Below, in pieces: positions 15,208 through 25,815 of a stretch of 64,000 bases of DNA; positions within the stretch are counted from its first letter, which is position 1, and the number at the start of each line of letters is the position of its first letter. A program made the position numbers and the translations under genes. Source of the DNA: Bacilli bacterium (GTDB lineage: Bacteria > Bacillota_I > Bacilli_A > RF39 > UBA660); assembly GCA_051886215.1 (NCBI GenBank), contig JBJEXX010000111.1, forward strand, positions 2,679-66,678, read 5' to 3'. The notes under the pieces were generated by a model. It saw nothing but the letters and a program-made list of their open reading frames with translations. It was not told where the DNA came from and searched no databases.

Positions 15208-17980
15208 AAGTTCTAGAACTACTAGATCAAACAATCAATCTAAAAGATCTAGTGCAAAAAGAGAAACAAGAAGTAATATAAATAGAGATTTAACTCAAAA
15301 TGAAAAAATTAAATTATTAACAATAATAATACTGATAGTATTAGGACTAATATTCTTAGGATGGTTTTTAACTTTAGTATTATGTTTAGGTTTTGGTTTA
15401 ATATACGGAACTTTAAAAAAACTTACAAATCTAAAAAATAAAAAACAAAAGAAAGTAGTTACAGGATTACTATTAGCTTTCTTAACCCTTTGCATTATAG
15501 GTACTGCGGGATTATGTTTATTCATGGGATATATAGTAATAAGTGCTCCAAAATTTGAAAAAAGTAAATTAAATCAAAAAGAATCAACTATTCTATATGA
15601 CTCTGATGGTAAAGAATTTGCTAAACTTGGTACGGAAATGAGAGAAAACGTTTCTTATAATGACTTATCTGAAAGCCTTGTTAACGCTTTAATCGCTACA
15701 GAAGATTCAAGATTCTTTGAACATAATGGATTAGATGTTCCACGTTTTATAAAAGCTTCTGTTAAACAAGTATTAGGTCAACCAAATGCAGGTGGAGCAT
15801 CCACTTTATCTATGCAAGTTATAAAAAATAGTTTTACTTCAACTGAAGCATCTGGTATAAAAGGTATAGTTCGTAAGTTTACTGATATTTATTTAGCAGT
15901 ATTTAAACTTGAAAAATCATATACAAAACAAGAAATAGTAGAATTTTATGTAAACAATCACTACTTAGGAAATAATAGCTATGGAGTTGAACAAGCAAGT
16001 CAATTATATTTTGGTAAAAGTGTGTCTGATTTAAATACTGCAGAAGCCGCTTTATTAGTTGGAATGTTTAAAGCTCCGTCTCAATATGATCCATATACAC
16101 ATCCTGAAGCTGCTGAAAAAAGAAGAGCAACAGTACTATACTTAATGAGAAAACATGGATATATTACTAAAGAAGAAGAAAGCATTGCTAACAGCATACC
16201 AGTATCAAGTTTATTATCAGAGAAAAAGAACATTGCAACAAACGAATATCAAGCATTTATTGATACTGTCGTTGAAGAAGTTGTTGACACATATGACCTA
16301 GATCCTTATTCTACTCCAATGGTAATATATACAACAATGGATAGATCAAAGCAACAAGGAATAAATGATATAATGAATGGAAAAACATTTACTTGGAAAG
16401 ATGATAAAATCCAAAGCGGTATTGCAGTATTAAATATTCATAATGGAAGAATTTTAGCTGTTGGTGCTGGAAGAAACAGAGAAGGTGCTAGATCTTATAA
16501 TTACGCAACTATGCTGGAAAGACAACCAGGATCAACTGCTAAACCTATCATAGATTATGGACCTGCTATAGAATACAATAATTGGTCAACATATACTATG
16601 CTAGATGATACACCATATTCATATAGTTCAGGAGCTAGTCTTCATAACTGGGATAATGGGTATATGGGACCTTTAACATTAAGAGAAGCATTAAGAGAGT
16701 CCAGAAATATACCAGCTTTAAGAACATTCCAATCAACAACAATAGAACAAAAATTAAAATTTGCTAAATCTCTTGGTATAGATCCAACTGCAAACGATGG
16801 CAATCTTTATGAATCTGCTTCTATTGGAGCATTCCAAAAAGGTGTATCTCCTCTAAAAATGGCAGCTGCTTTTGCGGCATTTGGAAATGGTGGTTATTAT
16901 TACTCCCCTCATTCATATACAAAAATAGTATTAAGGGATTCTGATGAAACACTTGAACCAGATGAAACAGGAACTCAAGTAATGTCTGATTCAACTGCTT
17001 ATATGATTACAAATGTATTACAAGGTGTACCAAGCAATATGTCAGCTGTTTCTGGAGTTAAAATGGCAGCTAAAACTGGTACTACAAACTATACAGAAGA
17101 AGATGTAGAAAAATATGGACTACCACAAGATGTAGTTAATGATGGTTGGACTATTGCTTACGATCCAGATATTGTCTTTGGTATGTGGTATGGTTATGAC
17201 AAAATAAATAGTGAATACTATAGTAGAATGACAGAACAAGCTATAGCCCGTGATAGATTAGTACATACAATAGGAACTACAATATTTGAAAAGAAAAATA
17301 AAGACTTTACAATGCCAAGCTCAGTTGTTAAAGTAGGTGTTGAAATAGGAAGTAACCCAGCTGCTTTACCTAGTCCTACTACTCCAGAAAACAAAATAAT
17401 CTATGAATTATTTAAAAAAGGATCAGAACCAACTGAAACATCTGAAAAATATAGTAAACTTGAAAATCCTGGGTTCTTACATGTCGAATATAATGAAAAC
17501 ACTGATACTGTTACATTAACTTGGGGTGCAGTTACACCAGTAAATAAAAAAGATGAATATGGACCATTTGGTTACTTTGTATACTATAATGGTACACAAT
17601 TAGGATTTACAGAAAATACTAAATACACAATAAAAAATCCAACAACGCCTGAAGGAACTTATAAAGTAATCGCATCCTTTAAAAAACACACAGAAAATCA
17701 AAGTACAGGAGTAACTGCTGAATACAGTTTACCAAAAGAAGAATTAAGTTACACTGTTGGTATTCCCAATTCAATTAGAGTAAATGATTTAAATGAAGCA
17801 ACTGATGCTTTAGCAAAACAAAATATAACAATTACAGATTCTAATAATAATGTTATCACCGATTATACTCTAGTGCAAAAATCAAAAGTAGATAATGTTA
17901 ATACAAGAGTTATTACATATGACATAAAAATATCTGGTAAAGTAATAGAAACAATTGAATTAACATTTACAACAAATTAA
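15197..17980 (+). CDS. ponA: Penicillin-binding protein 1A (bifunctional glycosyltransferase/transpeptidase)
   Basis: GT51 motifs (ATEDSRFFEHNG, GGASTLSMQ), transpeptidase motifs (STAKP, SRN, KTGT), and an N-terminal TM. Confidence 0.9.
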   Translation: MPSRSSRTTRSNNQSKRSSAKRETRSNINRDLTQNEKIKLLTIIILIVLGLIFLGWFLTLVLCLGFGLIYGTLKKLTNLKNKKQKKVVTGLLLAFLTLCIIGTAGLCLFMGYIVISAPKFEKSKLNQKESTILYDSDGKEFAKLGTEMRENVSYNDLSESLVNALIATEDSRFFEHNGLDVPRFIKASVKQVLGQPNAGGASTLSMQVIKNSFTSTEASGIKGIVRKFTDIYLAVFKLEKSYTKQEIVEFYVNNHYLGNNSYGVEQASQLYFGKSVSDLNTAEAALLVGMFKAPSQYDPYTHPEAAEKRRATVLYLMRKHGYITKEEESIANSIPVSSLLSEKKNIATNEYQAFIDTVVEEVVDTYDLDPYSTPMVIYTTMDRSKQQGINDIMNGKTFTWKDDKIQSGIAVLNIHNGRILAVGAGRNREGARSYNYATMLERQPGSTAKPIIDYGPAIEYNNWSTYTMLDDTPYSYSSGASLHNWDNGYMGPLTLREALRESRNIPALRTFQSTTIEQKLKFAKSLGIDPTANDGNLYESASIGAFQKGVSPLKMAAAFAAFGNGGYYYSPHSYTKIVLRDSDETLEPDETGTQVMSDSTAYMITNVLQGVPSNMSAVSGVKMAAKTGTTNYTEEDVEKYGLPQDVVNDGWTIAYDPDIVFGMWYGYDKINSEYYSRMTEQAIARDRLVHTIGTTIFEKKNKDFTMPSSVVKVGVEIGSNPAALPSPTTPENKIIYELFKKGSEPTETSEKYSKLENPGFLHVEYNENTDTVTLTWGAVTPVNKKDEYGPFGYFVYYNGTQLGFTENTKYTIKNPTTPEGTYKVIASFKKHTENQSTGVTAEYSLPKEELSYTVGIPNSIRVNDLNEATDALAKQNITITDSNNNVITDYTLVQKSKVDNVNTRVITYDIKISGKVIETIELTFTTN

Positions 17981-18003
17981 AAAAAATAAGCTTCTTAAGA
18001 AGT

Positions 18004-18636
18004 TTATTTTTTATTTTTATAATATTTACAATAATCTTTTAATTTACAATCTTCACAATTAGGTGATATAGCCTTACAATAATATCTACCAAAAAGTACT
18101 AATTGATGATGTCTTCTAGACCAATTTTCTCTTTTAAACTTTCGTTTTAATTTTTCTTCTACAGTTCTTACATCATCTTTATCTTTAGCAAGTCCCAATC
18201 TCTTGCTTATTCTTTCAACATGTGTATCAACTGCAATATTAGGTACATTATATATATTACTAAGAACTACATTAGTAGTTTTTCTTCCTACACCTGGCAT
18301 ACTCTCTAAAGCTTTTCTACTATTAGGTAAAACACCATTATATTTTTCATCTAATATACGAGCAATTTCTTTGGTATAAACGGCTTTTTTTCTAAAAGAA
18401 CCAATTGATTTAATAATAGAAGAAATGTCCTCTACAGGAGCTTCTTTTAGTTCTTTTAGAGTATTATATTTATCAAACAAAACACTAGTAACACTATTAA
18501 CTCTTTTATCTGTAGTTTGGGCACTCAACATAGTCGCAATTAATAACTCATAATCTTTATTATAATTCAATTCACACTTAGCATCTGGTATTAATTCTTC
18601 TAAATAATTTTCAATAACATCAATCTTCATCATCAT
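18004..18636 (-). CDS. nth: Endonuclease III
   Basis: HhH motif (PGVGRKTTNVVL, VDTHVERIS) and C-terminal C-x6-C-x2-C-x5-C Fe-S motif (CKAISPNCEDCKLKDYC). Confidence 0.9.
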   Translation of the reverse strand: MMMKIDVIENYLEELIPDAKCELNYNKDYELLIATMLSAQTTDKRVNSVTSVLFDKYNTLKELKEAPVEDISSIIKSIGSFRKKAVYTKEIARILDEKYNGVLPNSRKALESMPGVGRKTTNVVLSNIYNVPNIAVDTHVERISKRLGLAKDKDDVRTVEEKLKRKFKRENWSRRHHQLVLFGRYYCKAISPNCEDCKLKDYCKYYKNKK

Positions 18637-19282
18637 CTAACCAATCATATTCAAAAACTTCTACATCATGAGATTTTTTATTTTCCCGAAAACTTTGTTT
18701 ATTTTTTTCTACATCAGTAGCTGTTTTAATACCTTTCTTCTTCCATTCATACAATATTTTATCTATATATCTCAAATTACTAACACCATTAAGAACAGCT
18801 TCTTTAACAGCCTCTTTAATTAGTTCTTCACTAGTATTATCACTCAACCAAGCTTTAATAACCTCATATTCAGAAGGAGATAAAGTCCTTCCAAATTCAT
18901 TTTCCATAAAGCTAAATATTGTTGTTTCCTCCTTATTAGTAGAACTATCTTCTTCCATCATAATAATAGATAGTTTATTATAAAAATTATTTAAAGAAAT
19001 GTACTCTTCTCTAACATTTTTATCATTAGTAAGTACATCAACACTTATTAAATCCTTATCAGACAACAATGATATATATTTCATTACATCAATTAATTGA
19101 CAACCAAGATCTTCCGCAATAACATTAGGATTAAAAATTATATTATTCCCTTTGTTATAAAGATAAATAAAGAATAAAAACTCATCACTATCTAGACTTA
19201 ATTTATCTTTTATTTTATATAAATACAAAGGTACTACTATACTTCCACTCTTAATAACATCTATTAATTTATTATTTTTCAT
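18620..19282 (-). CDS. dnaD: DnaD-domain replication initiation/membrane attachment protein
   Basis: C-terminal DnaD domain (FENEFGRTLSPSEYEVIKAWL...YIDKILYEWKKKGI). Adjacent to nth as in Bacillus. Confidence 0.7.
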   Translation of the reverse strand: MKNNKLIDVIKSGSIVVPLYLYKIKDKLSLDSDEFLFFIYLYNKGNNIIFNPNVIAEDLGCQLIDVMKYISLLSDKDLISVDVLTNDKNVREEYISLNNFYNKLSIIMMEEDSSTNKEETTIFSFMENEFGRTLSPSEYEVIKAWLSDNTSEELIKEAVKEAVLNGVSNLRYIDKILYEWKKKGIKTATDVEKNKQSFRENKKSHDVEVFEYDWLDDDED

Positions 19283-19313
19283 ATAATCACCATCTTGTTT
19301 TAGTATTATACAC

Positions 19314-20411
19314 TTAATAATAATTTTTTACAATATATTTTCCAATGGATTTTTTTTCATTTTCCAATTTATTATCTATAATTTTATCTTCAATATCAGT
19401 CAATATAATATCAATATCTTCACTAGGTTCTATTTTTAATATATTAATTATATCATCACCATTAATACATATTTCTCTTCTACTTTTAATAGGCAAATCT
19501 TGATACATCTTAACAATATCTTTTTTATTTATTCCTAACATGTCACCTACAATAGAATTTATATATAAATCATATTTATATAAAGTTTTATTATTAATTT
19601 TACCAATTTTATATAATTCCTTTATTTTTTTTATTAAATCTTTTTCATTATTAGAAAATGGATATATATCACAAACATCAATAATCGCCCAAACACCTAT
19701 TAAATCATTAATATTTAAAGTTAATAATTTATTCAAATTTTTAAGTTCTAATTCTTCTTCTAATTCTAATTCCTGAATAATTTTAATACCCTTATCTCTA
19801 TTAATACTAGAAAAAATCTTATCCAATTCTTCTTTTTTTCTATTATAAGATAAATTTGCAAGTAAATTTTTACTTCTTTTGATGGCAAACTTTATTTCAT
19901 TACTAAGTTCAAAATCTAATATAGTAGCGAATCTAACCGCACGAAGTATACGCAATGGATCTTGACTAAATTTATAATAACTATCACCAACAGAATTAAT
20001 TATTTTCCTATCTAAATCTTTTCTACCATCCAATAAATCTATAATATTTTTATTTTTATCCATACAGATAGTATTAATAGTAAAATCTCTTCTTTCCAAA
20101 TCTTCTTTTAAATCATCTATATACTCTATTTCAACTGGTTTTCTATTAGAAGAATAATCTATTTCTTTCCTAAAAGTTGTAATTTCAAAATGATGATTAA
20201 CACTTTCTAAAACAACAGAACCATAATCCTCACTAGGCAAACAAGCCTCTTCAAATATTTCTTTTATTTCTTTAGGAGTTGCATTTGTACAAATATCTAT
20301 ATCACTAGATTCTCTACCTAATAAAAAATCTCTTACAAATCCTCCTACTATATAAGCTTTATAGCCATTATCCTCTAACTTCATTAGTATTTTAATAGCT
20401 TTATCCAACAT
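19314..20411 (-). CDS. cca: CCA tRNA nucleotidyltransferase
   Basis: GGFVRDFLLGRESSDIDICT nucleotidyltransferase head motif; RRDFTIN. Confidence 0.85.
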   Translation of the reverse strand: MLDKAIKILMKLEDNGYKAYIVGGFVRDFLLGRESSDIDICTNATPKEIKEIFEEACLPSEDYGSVVLESVNHHFEITTFRKEIDYSSNRKPVEIEYIDDLKEDLERRDFTINTICMDKNKNIIDLLDGRKDLDRKIINSVGDSYYKFSQDPLRILRAVRFATILDFELSNEIKFAIKRSKNLLANLSYNRKKEELDKIFSSINRDKGIKIIQELELEEELELKNLNKLLTLNINDLIGVWAIIDVCDIYPFSNNEKDLIKKIKELYKIGKINNKTLYKYDLYINSIVGDMLGINKKDIVKMYQDLPIKSRREICINGDDIINILKIEPSEDIDIILTDIEDKIIDNKLENEKKSIGKYIVKNYY

Positions 20412-20499
20412 TAATTATCACCACTTTAATTATATAGCAACATATAATTTATCTCAATACAACTATGTTTAATTTCATCAAAAATACACATTACTTTAC

Positions 20500-20524
20500 A
20501 AAAAAAAGAACATCTAAGATGTTC
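20500..20524 (-). terminator. Rho-independent terminator of hup
   Basis: On the minus strand GAACATC-tta-GATGTTC is followed by a run of 8 T. Confidence 0.7.
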
Positions 20525-20530
20525 TAATTA

Positions 20531-20803
20531 TTAGTTAACTGAATCTTTTAATGCAGAACCAGCTTTGAATGTAACAGCGTTTCTAGCAGCGATATGAACA
20601 ACTTCTCCTGTTTGAGGATTACGTCCATCTCTAGCAGCTCTTTTTGAAACAGCAAAAGTACCGAATCCAGCAACTGGAACTTTATCTCCAGCTTTTAATG
20701 CTCCTGTAATTGTTTCAAAAACAGCATCGATTGCACGAGTAGCATCAGCTTTTGTTAATCCAGCTTTAGCAGCTACTGCTTCAACTAATTCAACTTTTTT
20801 CAT
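20531..20803 (-). CDS. hup: DNA-binding protein HU
   Basis: 90 aa; ..GFGTFAVSKRAARDGRNPQTGE.. is the canonical HU arm. Confidence 0.95.
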   Translation of the reverse strand: MKKVELVEAVAAKAGLTKADATRAIDAVFETITGALKAGDKVPVAGFGTFAVSKRAARDGRNPQTGEVVHIAARNAVTFKAGSALKDSVN

Positions 20804-20877
20804 TATATGTTACCTCCTAATTGTAGTCATAAGCATTTTATCTTGCTTATAAATATAAGTTACCATATATTTATAAG

Positions 20878-21906
20878 TTAATCAATAACTTTGACACTTT
20901 TTTTCACTTTTTTCTTATCTTTTTCACTTATTTTTCTTAAATAATATATAACTTCACCCATCCAATAAGTAAATAATGATATTAAAAATGTAATCCCATA
21001 AGTCACAAGTAATAACTTAATATTAAATTGTTCTTCTATACAACTATTATAAATGTTATTAACACACTCTCTATATTCACTTCCAATTACAATTCCCAAT
21101 GCAAGACCTATAATTAAAATAATAAAAGAAATAATTTGATATTTATTATATTTAGAAAACAATTCCCTAATTGTACTACTAATTTTATTTTCATCTATTT
21201 CTTTTTGAATCTTATCTATTTCTAAAAACAAAGCATCTTTATGTTCTAAATATAAATAAATATATCTACTAAAAAATACAATAGTTAATAAATCTACTAT
21301 AGATAAAATAATAGTTAAAGGATCAATATAAGAAATTAAACTAATTTGTTTAAATAAAAAACTAATAAAACTACTACCTATTATAAAATAAAAATATCCT
21401 TTATTTTCAACACTATCTAAGATATCATAATCATTTTTTATAAAACTTTTTACAAAAAATATAACTAATAAAAATAATGATATTATATTAAATAAATTAC
21501 TAATATTAAAACTTACAAATATATTTAAAAATGCTTTAATAAACATAATAACCAAAAATAATAATACTAAATAATTAAAATATTTAAAATTAGTCTTACC
21601 AAACTTACTTTGTATAGTAACAAAATATATTAATAGAACTATATTTACTATATCACTTAATATAAAACCTATAAAACTAGAAGTATTATTATAACAAGAA
21701 AAAACAAGATTAAATAAAAGTAAACCTATTAAAATATAAGTAATAATACTAGAATTGTTTAAAAAAGAAACTTTTTCTAATTCTTTTTCTGTAGAATCAA
21801 TAGTACTTTTAGTACTTTTAATAACTTTTTTAGCTACTTGCTTACTTTTACAATATGGACATATCTTTAAATCTTCTATTTCTCTATGACATTTTTTACA
21901 TTTCAT
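20878..21906 (-). CDS. Zinc-ribbon-containing polytopic membrane protein
   Basis: N-terminal CKKCH..x..CPYCK followed by many hydrophobic segments. No family recognised. Confidence 0.5.
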   Translation of the reverse strand: MKCKKCHREIEDLKICPYCKSKQVAKKVIKSTKSTIDSTEKELEKVSFLNNSSIITYILIGLLLFNLVFSCYNNTSSFIGFILSDIVNIVLLIYFVTIQSKFGKTNFKYFNYLVLLFLVIMFIKAFLNIFVSFNISNLFNIISLFLLVIFFVKSFIKNDYDILDSVENKGYFYFIIGSSFISFLFKQISLISYIDPLTIILSIVDLLTIVFFSRYIYLYLEHKDALFLEIDKIQKEIDENKISSTIRELFSKYNKYQIISFIILIIGLALGIVIGSEYRECVNNIYNSCIEEQFNIKLLLVTYGITFLISLFTYWMGEVIYYLRKISEKDKKKVKKSVKVID

Positions 21907-22062
21907 ATTACCATCTCCATTATAAAGTATATCATAACAACTTTGATTTTAGTAGTAGATTTAGTGGTAGAAATAAGAAGTTTTGGTGAAAACATTTATA
22001 AATCTTTAATTTACAATAATAATTATTCATGTTATAATACCTCTAGAAAAAGAGGTGGTACT

Positions 22063-23367
22063 ATGAAATTACCTACAATTGCTTTAATTGGGAAACCAAA
22101 CGTTGGTAAAAGTACTATATTTAATCGTCTAGTTGGAAAAAGATTATCTATAATAGAAGATACACCTGGGGTTACAAGAGATAGATTATATAGTAAAGCA
22201 ACTTATAAAAACTATAAATTTAATGTTATTGATACTGGAGGAATAGATGTATCAAAAGAATTATTTAATGATGAAATAAAAATACAATCTGAAATAGCTA
22301 TTGACGAAGCAGATATAATTGTTTTTATTGTAGATGGAAAAGAAGGATTAAATGAAAATGATTATGAAATAAGAAATATTTTAAGAAAATCAAATAAAAA
22401 AGTCATTGTTGTTATTAATAAAATGGATACTAAAGAAGCAAAAGATAATATTTATGACTTTTATGAATTAGGATTTGATACTTTTATACCAGTAAGCGCA
22501 ATTCACAATGATGGTTTTATTGAATTATTAGATGAAATCACTAAAGATTTTAATGAACTTCCTGAAGAAGAAAAAGATGAAAGATGTAAAATATGCGTTA
22601 TTGGAAGACCAAATGTAGGAAAAAGCAGTTTAATAAACGCAATGGTCAATGAAAAAAGAAATATTGTCAGTAATGTTGCTGGTACAACAAGAGATTCAAT
22701 AGATACAGCTTTTACTTATAATAAAGAAGAATTTGTAATAATTGATACTGCTGGAATGAGAAAAAAAGGAAAAATATATGAAAATATAGAAAAATATAGT
22801 TTACTTAGATCTCTTCGTTCTATTGAAAAATCAGATATATGTTTATTAGTCATAAATGCTGAAGAAGGTATTATAGAACATGATAAACATATTGCAAGTT
22901 ATGCCTTAGAACAAGGAAAAGGAATAATTATTGTTGTAAACAAGTGGGACACAGTAGAAAATCCAAATATAAATGAATATAAAAAATTATTAAGAAATGA
23001 ATTTCAATTTATTAGATACGCTCCAATTGTATTTACTTCAGCTTTAACTACTAAAAGAATTTCTACTATTATGCCAGAAGTTATCAAAGTAAAAGAAAAT
23101 ATAGAAAGAGAAATAAAAACAAGTGTTTTAAATGAAGTAATAAGTGATGCTTATGAACTAAATATACCTCCATCTTATAAAGGTAATCGTTTAAAAATAT
23201 ATTTCGTAAGTCAATCAGGAACCAAACCTCCTAAATTTACTTTTAGAGTAAATAATAAAGGTTTAGTACACTTCTCTTATGAAAGATATTTAGAAAATAA
23301 ATTAAGAGAAAACTTTGAATTAGAAGGAACACCAATCATATTACAATTTAAAAATAGGAGTGAATAA
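22063..23367 (+). CDS. der: Ribosome-associated GTPase Der (EngA)
   Basis: Two tandem GTPase domains (GKPNVGKST and GRPNVGKSS, DTGG/DTAG, NKMD/NKWD). Start moved to the ATG at 22063 after AGAGGTGG. Confidence 0.95.
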   Translation: MKLPTIALIGKPNVGKSTIFNRLVGKRLSIIEDTPGVTRDRLYSKATYKNYKFNVIDTGGIDVSKELFNDEIKIQSEIAIDEADIIVFIVDGKEGLNENDYEIRNILRKSNKKVIVVINKMDTKEAKDNIYDFYELGFDTFIPVSAIHNDGFIELLDEITKDFNELPEEEKDERCKICVIGRPNVGKSSLINAMVNEKRNIVSNVAGTTRDSIDTAFTYNKEEFVIIDTAGMRKKGKIYENIEKYSLLRSLRSIEKSDICLLVINAEEGIIEHDKHIASYALEQGKGIIIVVNKWDTVENPNINEYKKLLRNEFQFIRYAPIVFTSALTTKRISTIMPEVIKVKENIEREIKTSVLNEVISDAYELNIPPSYKGNRLKIYFVSQSGTKPPKFTFRVNNKGLVHFSYERYLENKLRENFELEGTPIILQFKNRSE

Positions 23368-23368
23368 A

Positions 23369-23542
23369 ATGATATTATTTGGAAAAAAAGATTATAATGC
23401 AGAATTAGAAAGTTTAAAAAAGGCTCAGGAAATACTTGATAAAAACTATGAAAAAAAAGTAATAAATCAAGAATATTATATTAAAAAATGTCAAGAGTTT
23501 ACTGCAAAGAGAGAAAAAATTGAAAAAAGATTAAATCAATAA
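23369..23542 (+). CDS. Hypothetical 57-aa coiled-coil protein
   Basis: AGGAG sits 8 nt before the ATG and overlaps the der stop. No family recognised. Confidence 0.4.
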   Translation: MILFGKKDYNAELESLKKAQEILDKNYEKKVINQEYYIKKCQEFTAKREKIEKRLNQ

Positions 23543-23584
23543 CAAAATCTCTTATATTACATATAGTAATGTAGGAGGTTTTTT

Positions 23585-23824
23585 ATGTTTGGTGATTCAT
23601 TATTTAACAAAATTGAAAAAAAGACTAATATAAAAAAAGAAACTATTTTATCACTTGCTGAAAAATTACAAAAATCAGATATGAAAGATGAACAAGTTTT
23701 AAAGGATTTTGTAGATGATGTCAGCAAAGTCGCAGGACGTGAAGTGAGTGAAGAAAAAAAAGAAAAAATAGTAAAAGCAATCTTAAACGATAACGTTCCT
23801 AAAGATGTAGATAAAATGTTTTAA
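23585..23824 (+). CDS. spoVIF: Stage VI sporulation protein F-like
   Basis: LFNKIEKKTNI..LAEKLQKSDMKDEQVLKDFVDDVSKVAGREVSEEKKEKIVKAI follows the SpoVIF (YjcC) pattern as recalled. GGAGG SD. Confidence 0.65.
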   Translation: MFGDSLFNKIEKKTNIKKETILSLAEKLQKSDMKDEQVLKDFVDDVSKVAGREVSEEKKEKIVKAILNDNVPKDVDKMF

Positions 23825-23831
23825 TATAATA

Positions 23832-23857
23832 AACATATCTTATGATATGTTTTTTTA
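23832..23857 (+). terminator. Rho-independent terminator after spoVIF
   Basis: AACATATC-ttat-GATATGTT followed by a T-run. Confidence 0.65.
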
Positions 23858-23949
23858 TACCAAAGTTAAATATAATGTAAAAATAAGTATTTTTCTGAAA
23901 TAGTAAGCATAAATTTAAATGAATATAAAAAGAAAAGGTAAGTGAATAT

Positions 23950-25425
23950 ATGGAAAAATATGAAATTATAAAAAATATTGCCACAAGAACTAATGGCGAC
24001 TTATATTTGGGTGTAGTTGGAGCAGTTAGAACAGGGAAATCAACTTTTATCAAAAAAATGGTTGAAACATTAATAGTGCCTAATATAAAAGATGAATATG
24101 AAAGAAAAAGATGTTTAGATGAGATACCACAAAGCGCACAAGGAAAAACAATAATGACTACAGAACCAAAATTTGTACCTAGTACGGCAGCCAAAGTACA
24201 TATAGATGAAATAGACTGCAATATAAGATTAATTGATTGTGTAGGATATATGATAGATAATGCCAAAGGTGCTGAAGATGAAAACGGTCCTAGAATGGTT
24301 AAAACACCTTGGTACGATGATGAAATACCTTTTATTGAAGCCGCAGAATTAGGTACTGAAAAAGTAATTAAAGAACACTCATCTATTGGTATTGTCATAA
24401 CAACAGATGGCTCTATTGGTGAATTTGAAAGAAATGATTATAAAGAAGCCGAACAAAGAGTCATAACAGAATTAAAAGAAATAGGAAAACCTTTCATAGT
24501 TATTTTAAATTCTACTCATCCAAATACTAAAGATACTCAGGATATAGCTATTTCATTAAGAGAAGAACATAACACTCCCGTTATACCTATGAATATAGAT
24601 ACTATGACCGAAAAAGATATGTTAAACATATTAAGAGAAGCACTGTATGAATTCCCAGTTCTAGAAGTTAATGTTAATATGCCAGAATGGATTGCTATAT
24701 TAAATCCTGAACATGAAATAAAAAAAGAATATATTAAAGCTATAAAAGAAAGTGTTATAGAAGTAGATAAGTTAAGAGATATAGAATCAATCACAGATCA
24801 TTTTAAAGATATAGATATTATTGATAGCGCATATATGTCTGATGTTAATACTTCAACTGGTGTTGTAACTATAAACTTAACATCTCCACCTAGTTTATAT
24901 AATGATGTATTAACTAATATAATCAAAATAGATGTTACTAATAAAGCTGAATTACTATCATTATTCCAAGATTATAACGAAGCAAAAACAGAATATGATC
25001 AAATAAAATATGCTTTAAAAATGGTTAAACAAACAGGATATGGTATAGCTACCCCTTCTTTAAAAGATATGAAATTAGATTCTCCAGAAATTATCAAACA
25101 AGGAACAAGATATGGAGTTAAATTAAAAGCTGTTGCACCATCTATTCATATGATTAGAGTTGATGTTAATTCTACATTTGAGCCAATCATAGGTAGTGAA
25201 ATGCAAAGTAAAGAACTAATTGATTATATGATGAAAGATTATAAAACTGATCCTCAAAATATTTGGAAAAATGAAATATTTGGAAGAAGTCTAGATTCAA
25301 TCGTTCAAGAAGGTATCCAATCAAAAATTGCTCTCATGCCAGATAATATAAGATTTAAATTACAACAAACATTAACTAAGATCGTTAATAAAGGATCAAA
25401 TAATATGATTGCTATTGTATTATAA
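23950..25425 (+). CDS. spoIVA: Stage IV sporulation protein A (spore coat morphogenetic ATPase)
   Basis: The N-terminus MEKYEIIKNIATRTNGDLYLGVVGAVRTGKSTFIKK is nearly identical to the Bacillus SpoIVA Walker A region. 491 aa. Confidence 0.97.
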   Translation: MEKYEIIKNIATRTNGDLYLGVVGAVRTGKSTFIKKMVETLIVPNIKDEYERKRCLDEIPQSAQGKTIMTTEPKFVPSTAAKVHIDEIDCNIRLIDCVGYMIDNAKGAEDENGPRMVKTPWYDDEIPFIEAAELGTEKVIKEHSSIGIVITTDGSIGEFERNDYKEAEQRVITELKEIGKPFIVILNSTHPNTKDTQDIAISLREEHNTPVIPMNIDTMTEKDMLNILREALYEFPVLEVNVNMPEWIAILNPEHEIKKEYIKAIKESVIEVDKLRDIESITDHFKDIDIIDSAYMSDVNTSTGVVTINLTSPPSLYNDVLTNIIKIDVTNKAELLSLFQDYNEAKTEYDQIKYALKMVKQTGYGIATPSLKDMKLDSPEIIKQGTRYGVKLKAVAPSIHMIRVDVNSTFEPIIGSEMQSKELIDYMMKDYKTDPQNIWKNEIFGRSLDSIVQEGIQSKIALMPDNIRFKLQQTLTKIVNKGSNNMIAIVL

Positions 25426-25430
25426 AAAAA

Positions 25431-25452
25431 ATCATACTGAGTATGATTTTTT
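25431..25452 (+). terminator. Hairpin terminator after spoIVA (bidirectional)
   Basis: ATCATAC-tga-GTATGAT followed by TTTTT and preceded by an A-run. Confidence 0.7.
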
Positions 25453-25460
25453 ATGATATA

Positions 25461-25814
25461 TTAAAACTCATTCATTAAAGGAAAATCTCTTTTATTTAAT
25501 AAGTAATTGGCAATTTCTAAAGTAATATTACAATAATAACTTATATTTTGATTATATTCATTTTCGTTTAATAAAGTAACTATATCTTTATAAATATTTT
25601 TAGCTTGAATTTTATCATCTTGCAAAACAAATATAGCATTATATAATCTATTAAATTTTATATCTAAATTAGGAGTTATTGAGATTCTACCCTCAAGCAT
25701 TGCAATTTCTTTAGCTTTTTCAAAACTTATTTGTGGATATTTAGTTATTATTTCATTTGCTACTAAATTAATTCTATCTTCTTCTAACAAATGACCATTA
25801 TATTCATATTTCAT
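25461..25814 (-). CDS. Hypothetical 117-aa protein abutting the ClpX-like gene
   Basis: The ATG lies 1 nt after the ATPase TAA stop (TAAtATG). No family recognised. Confidence 0.45.
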   Translation of the reverse strand: MKYEYNGHLLEEDRINLVANEIITKYPQISFEKAKEIAMLEGRISITPNLDIKFNRLYNAIFVLQDDKIQAKNIYKDIVTLLNENEYNQNISYYCNITLEIANYLLNKRDFPLMNEF

Positions 25815-25815
25815 A

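Noticed and set aside
20531-20803. hup looks markedly more GC-rich than its surroundings; considered as horizontally acquired
   Set aside because: The bias is explained by the Ala/Gly/Val-rich HU sequence and the codon usage of a highly expressed gene. The flanks show a normal terminator and no mobility signatures.
21886-22062. 59-codon N-terminal extension of the der ORF overlapping the divergent membrane-protein gene
   Set aside because: The conserved Der N-terminus (MKLPTIALIGKPNVGKST) starts at the ATG at 22063, which has an AGAGGTGG SD. The extension is hydrophobic junk overlapping the promoter region.
23858-23949. Sigma-E-type promoter for spoIVA (CATAAATT about 35 nt upstream of the start)
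   Set aside because: It is a partial match to the CATACAnT -10 and I could not identify a matching -35. It was left unannotated.
23799-24398. 199-aa ORF antisense to the 5' end of spoIVA
   Set aside because: It lies opposite a strongly conserved gene, has a low-complexity Ser/Ile/Phe-rich product, and has no SD. This is a typical shadow ORF in AT-rich DNA. The same reasoning applies to 1616-1984, 2317-2523, 5069-5305, 7872-8204, 8429-8974, 10567-10887, 15295-15525, 19540-19776, 24537-24794, 28880-29134, 30437-30643, 30978-31205, 33811-34020, 40389-40583, 42262-42516, 44734-44928, 47073-47366, 47421-47621, 48684-49031, 51187-51459, 52264-52503, 55071-55262, 56616-56813, 62870-63091 and 63223-63435.
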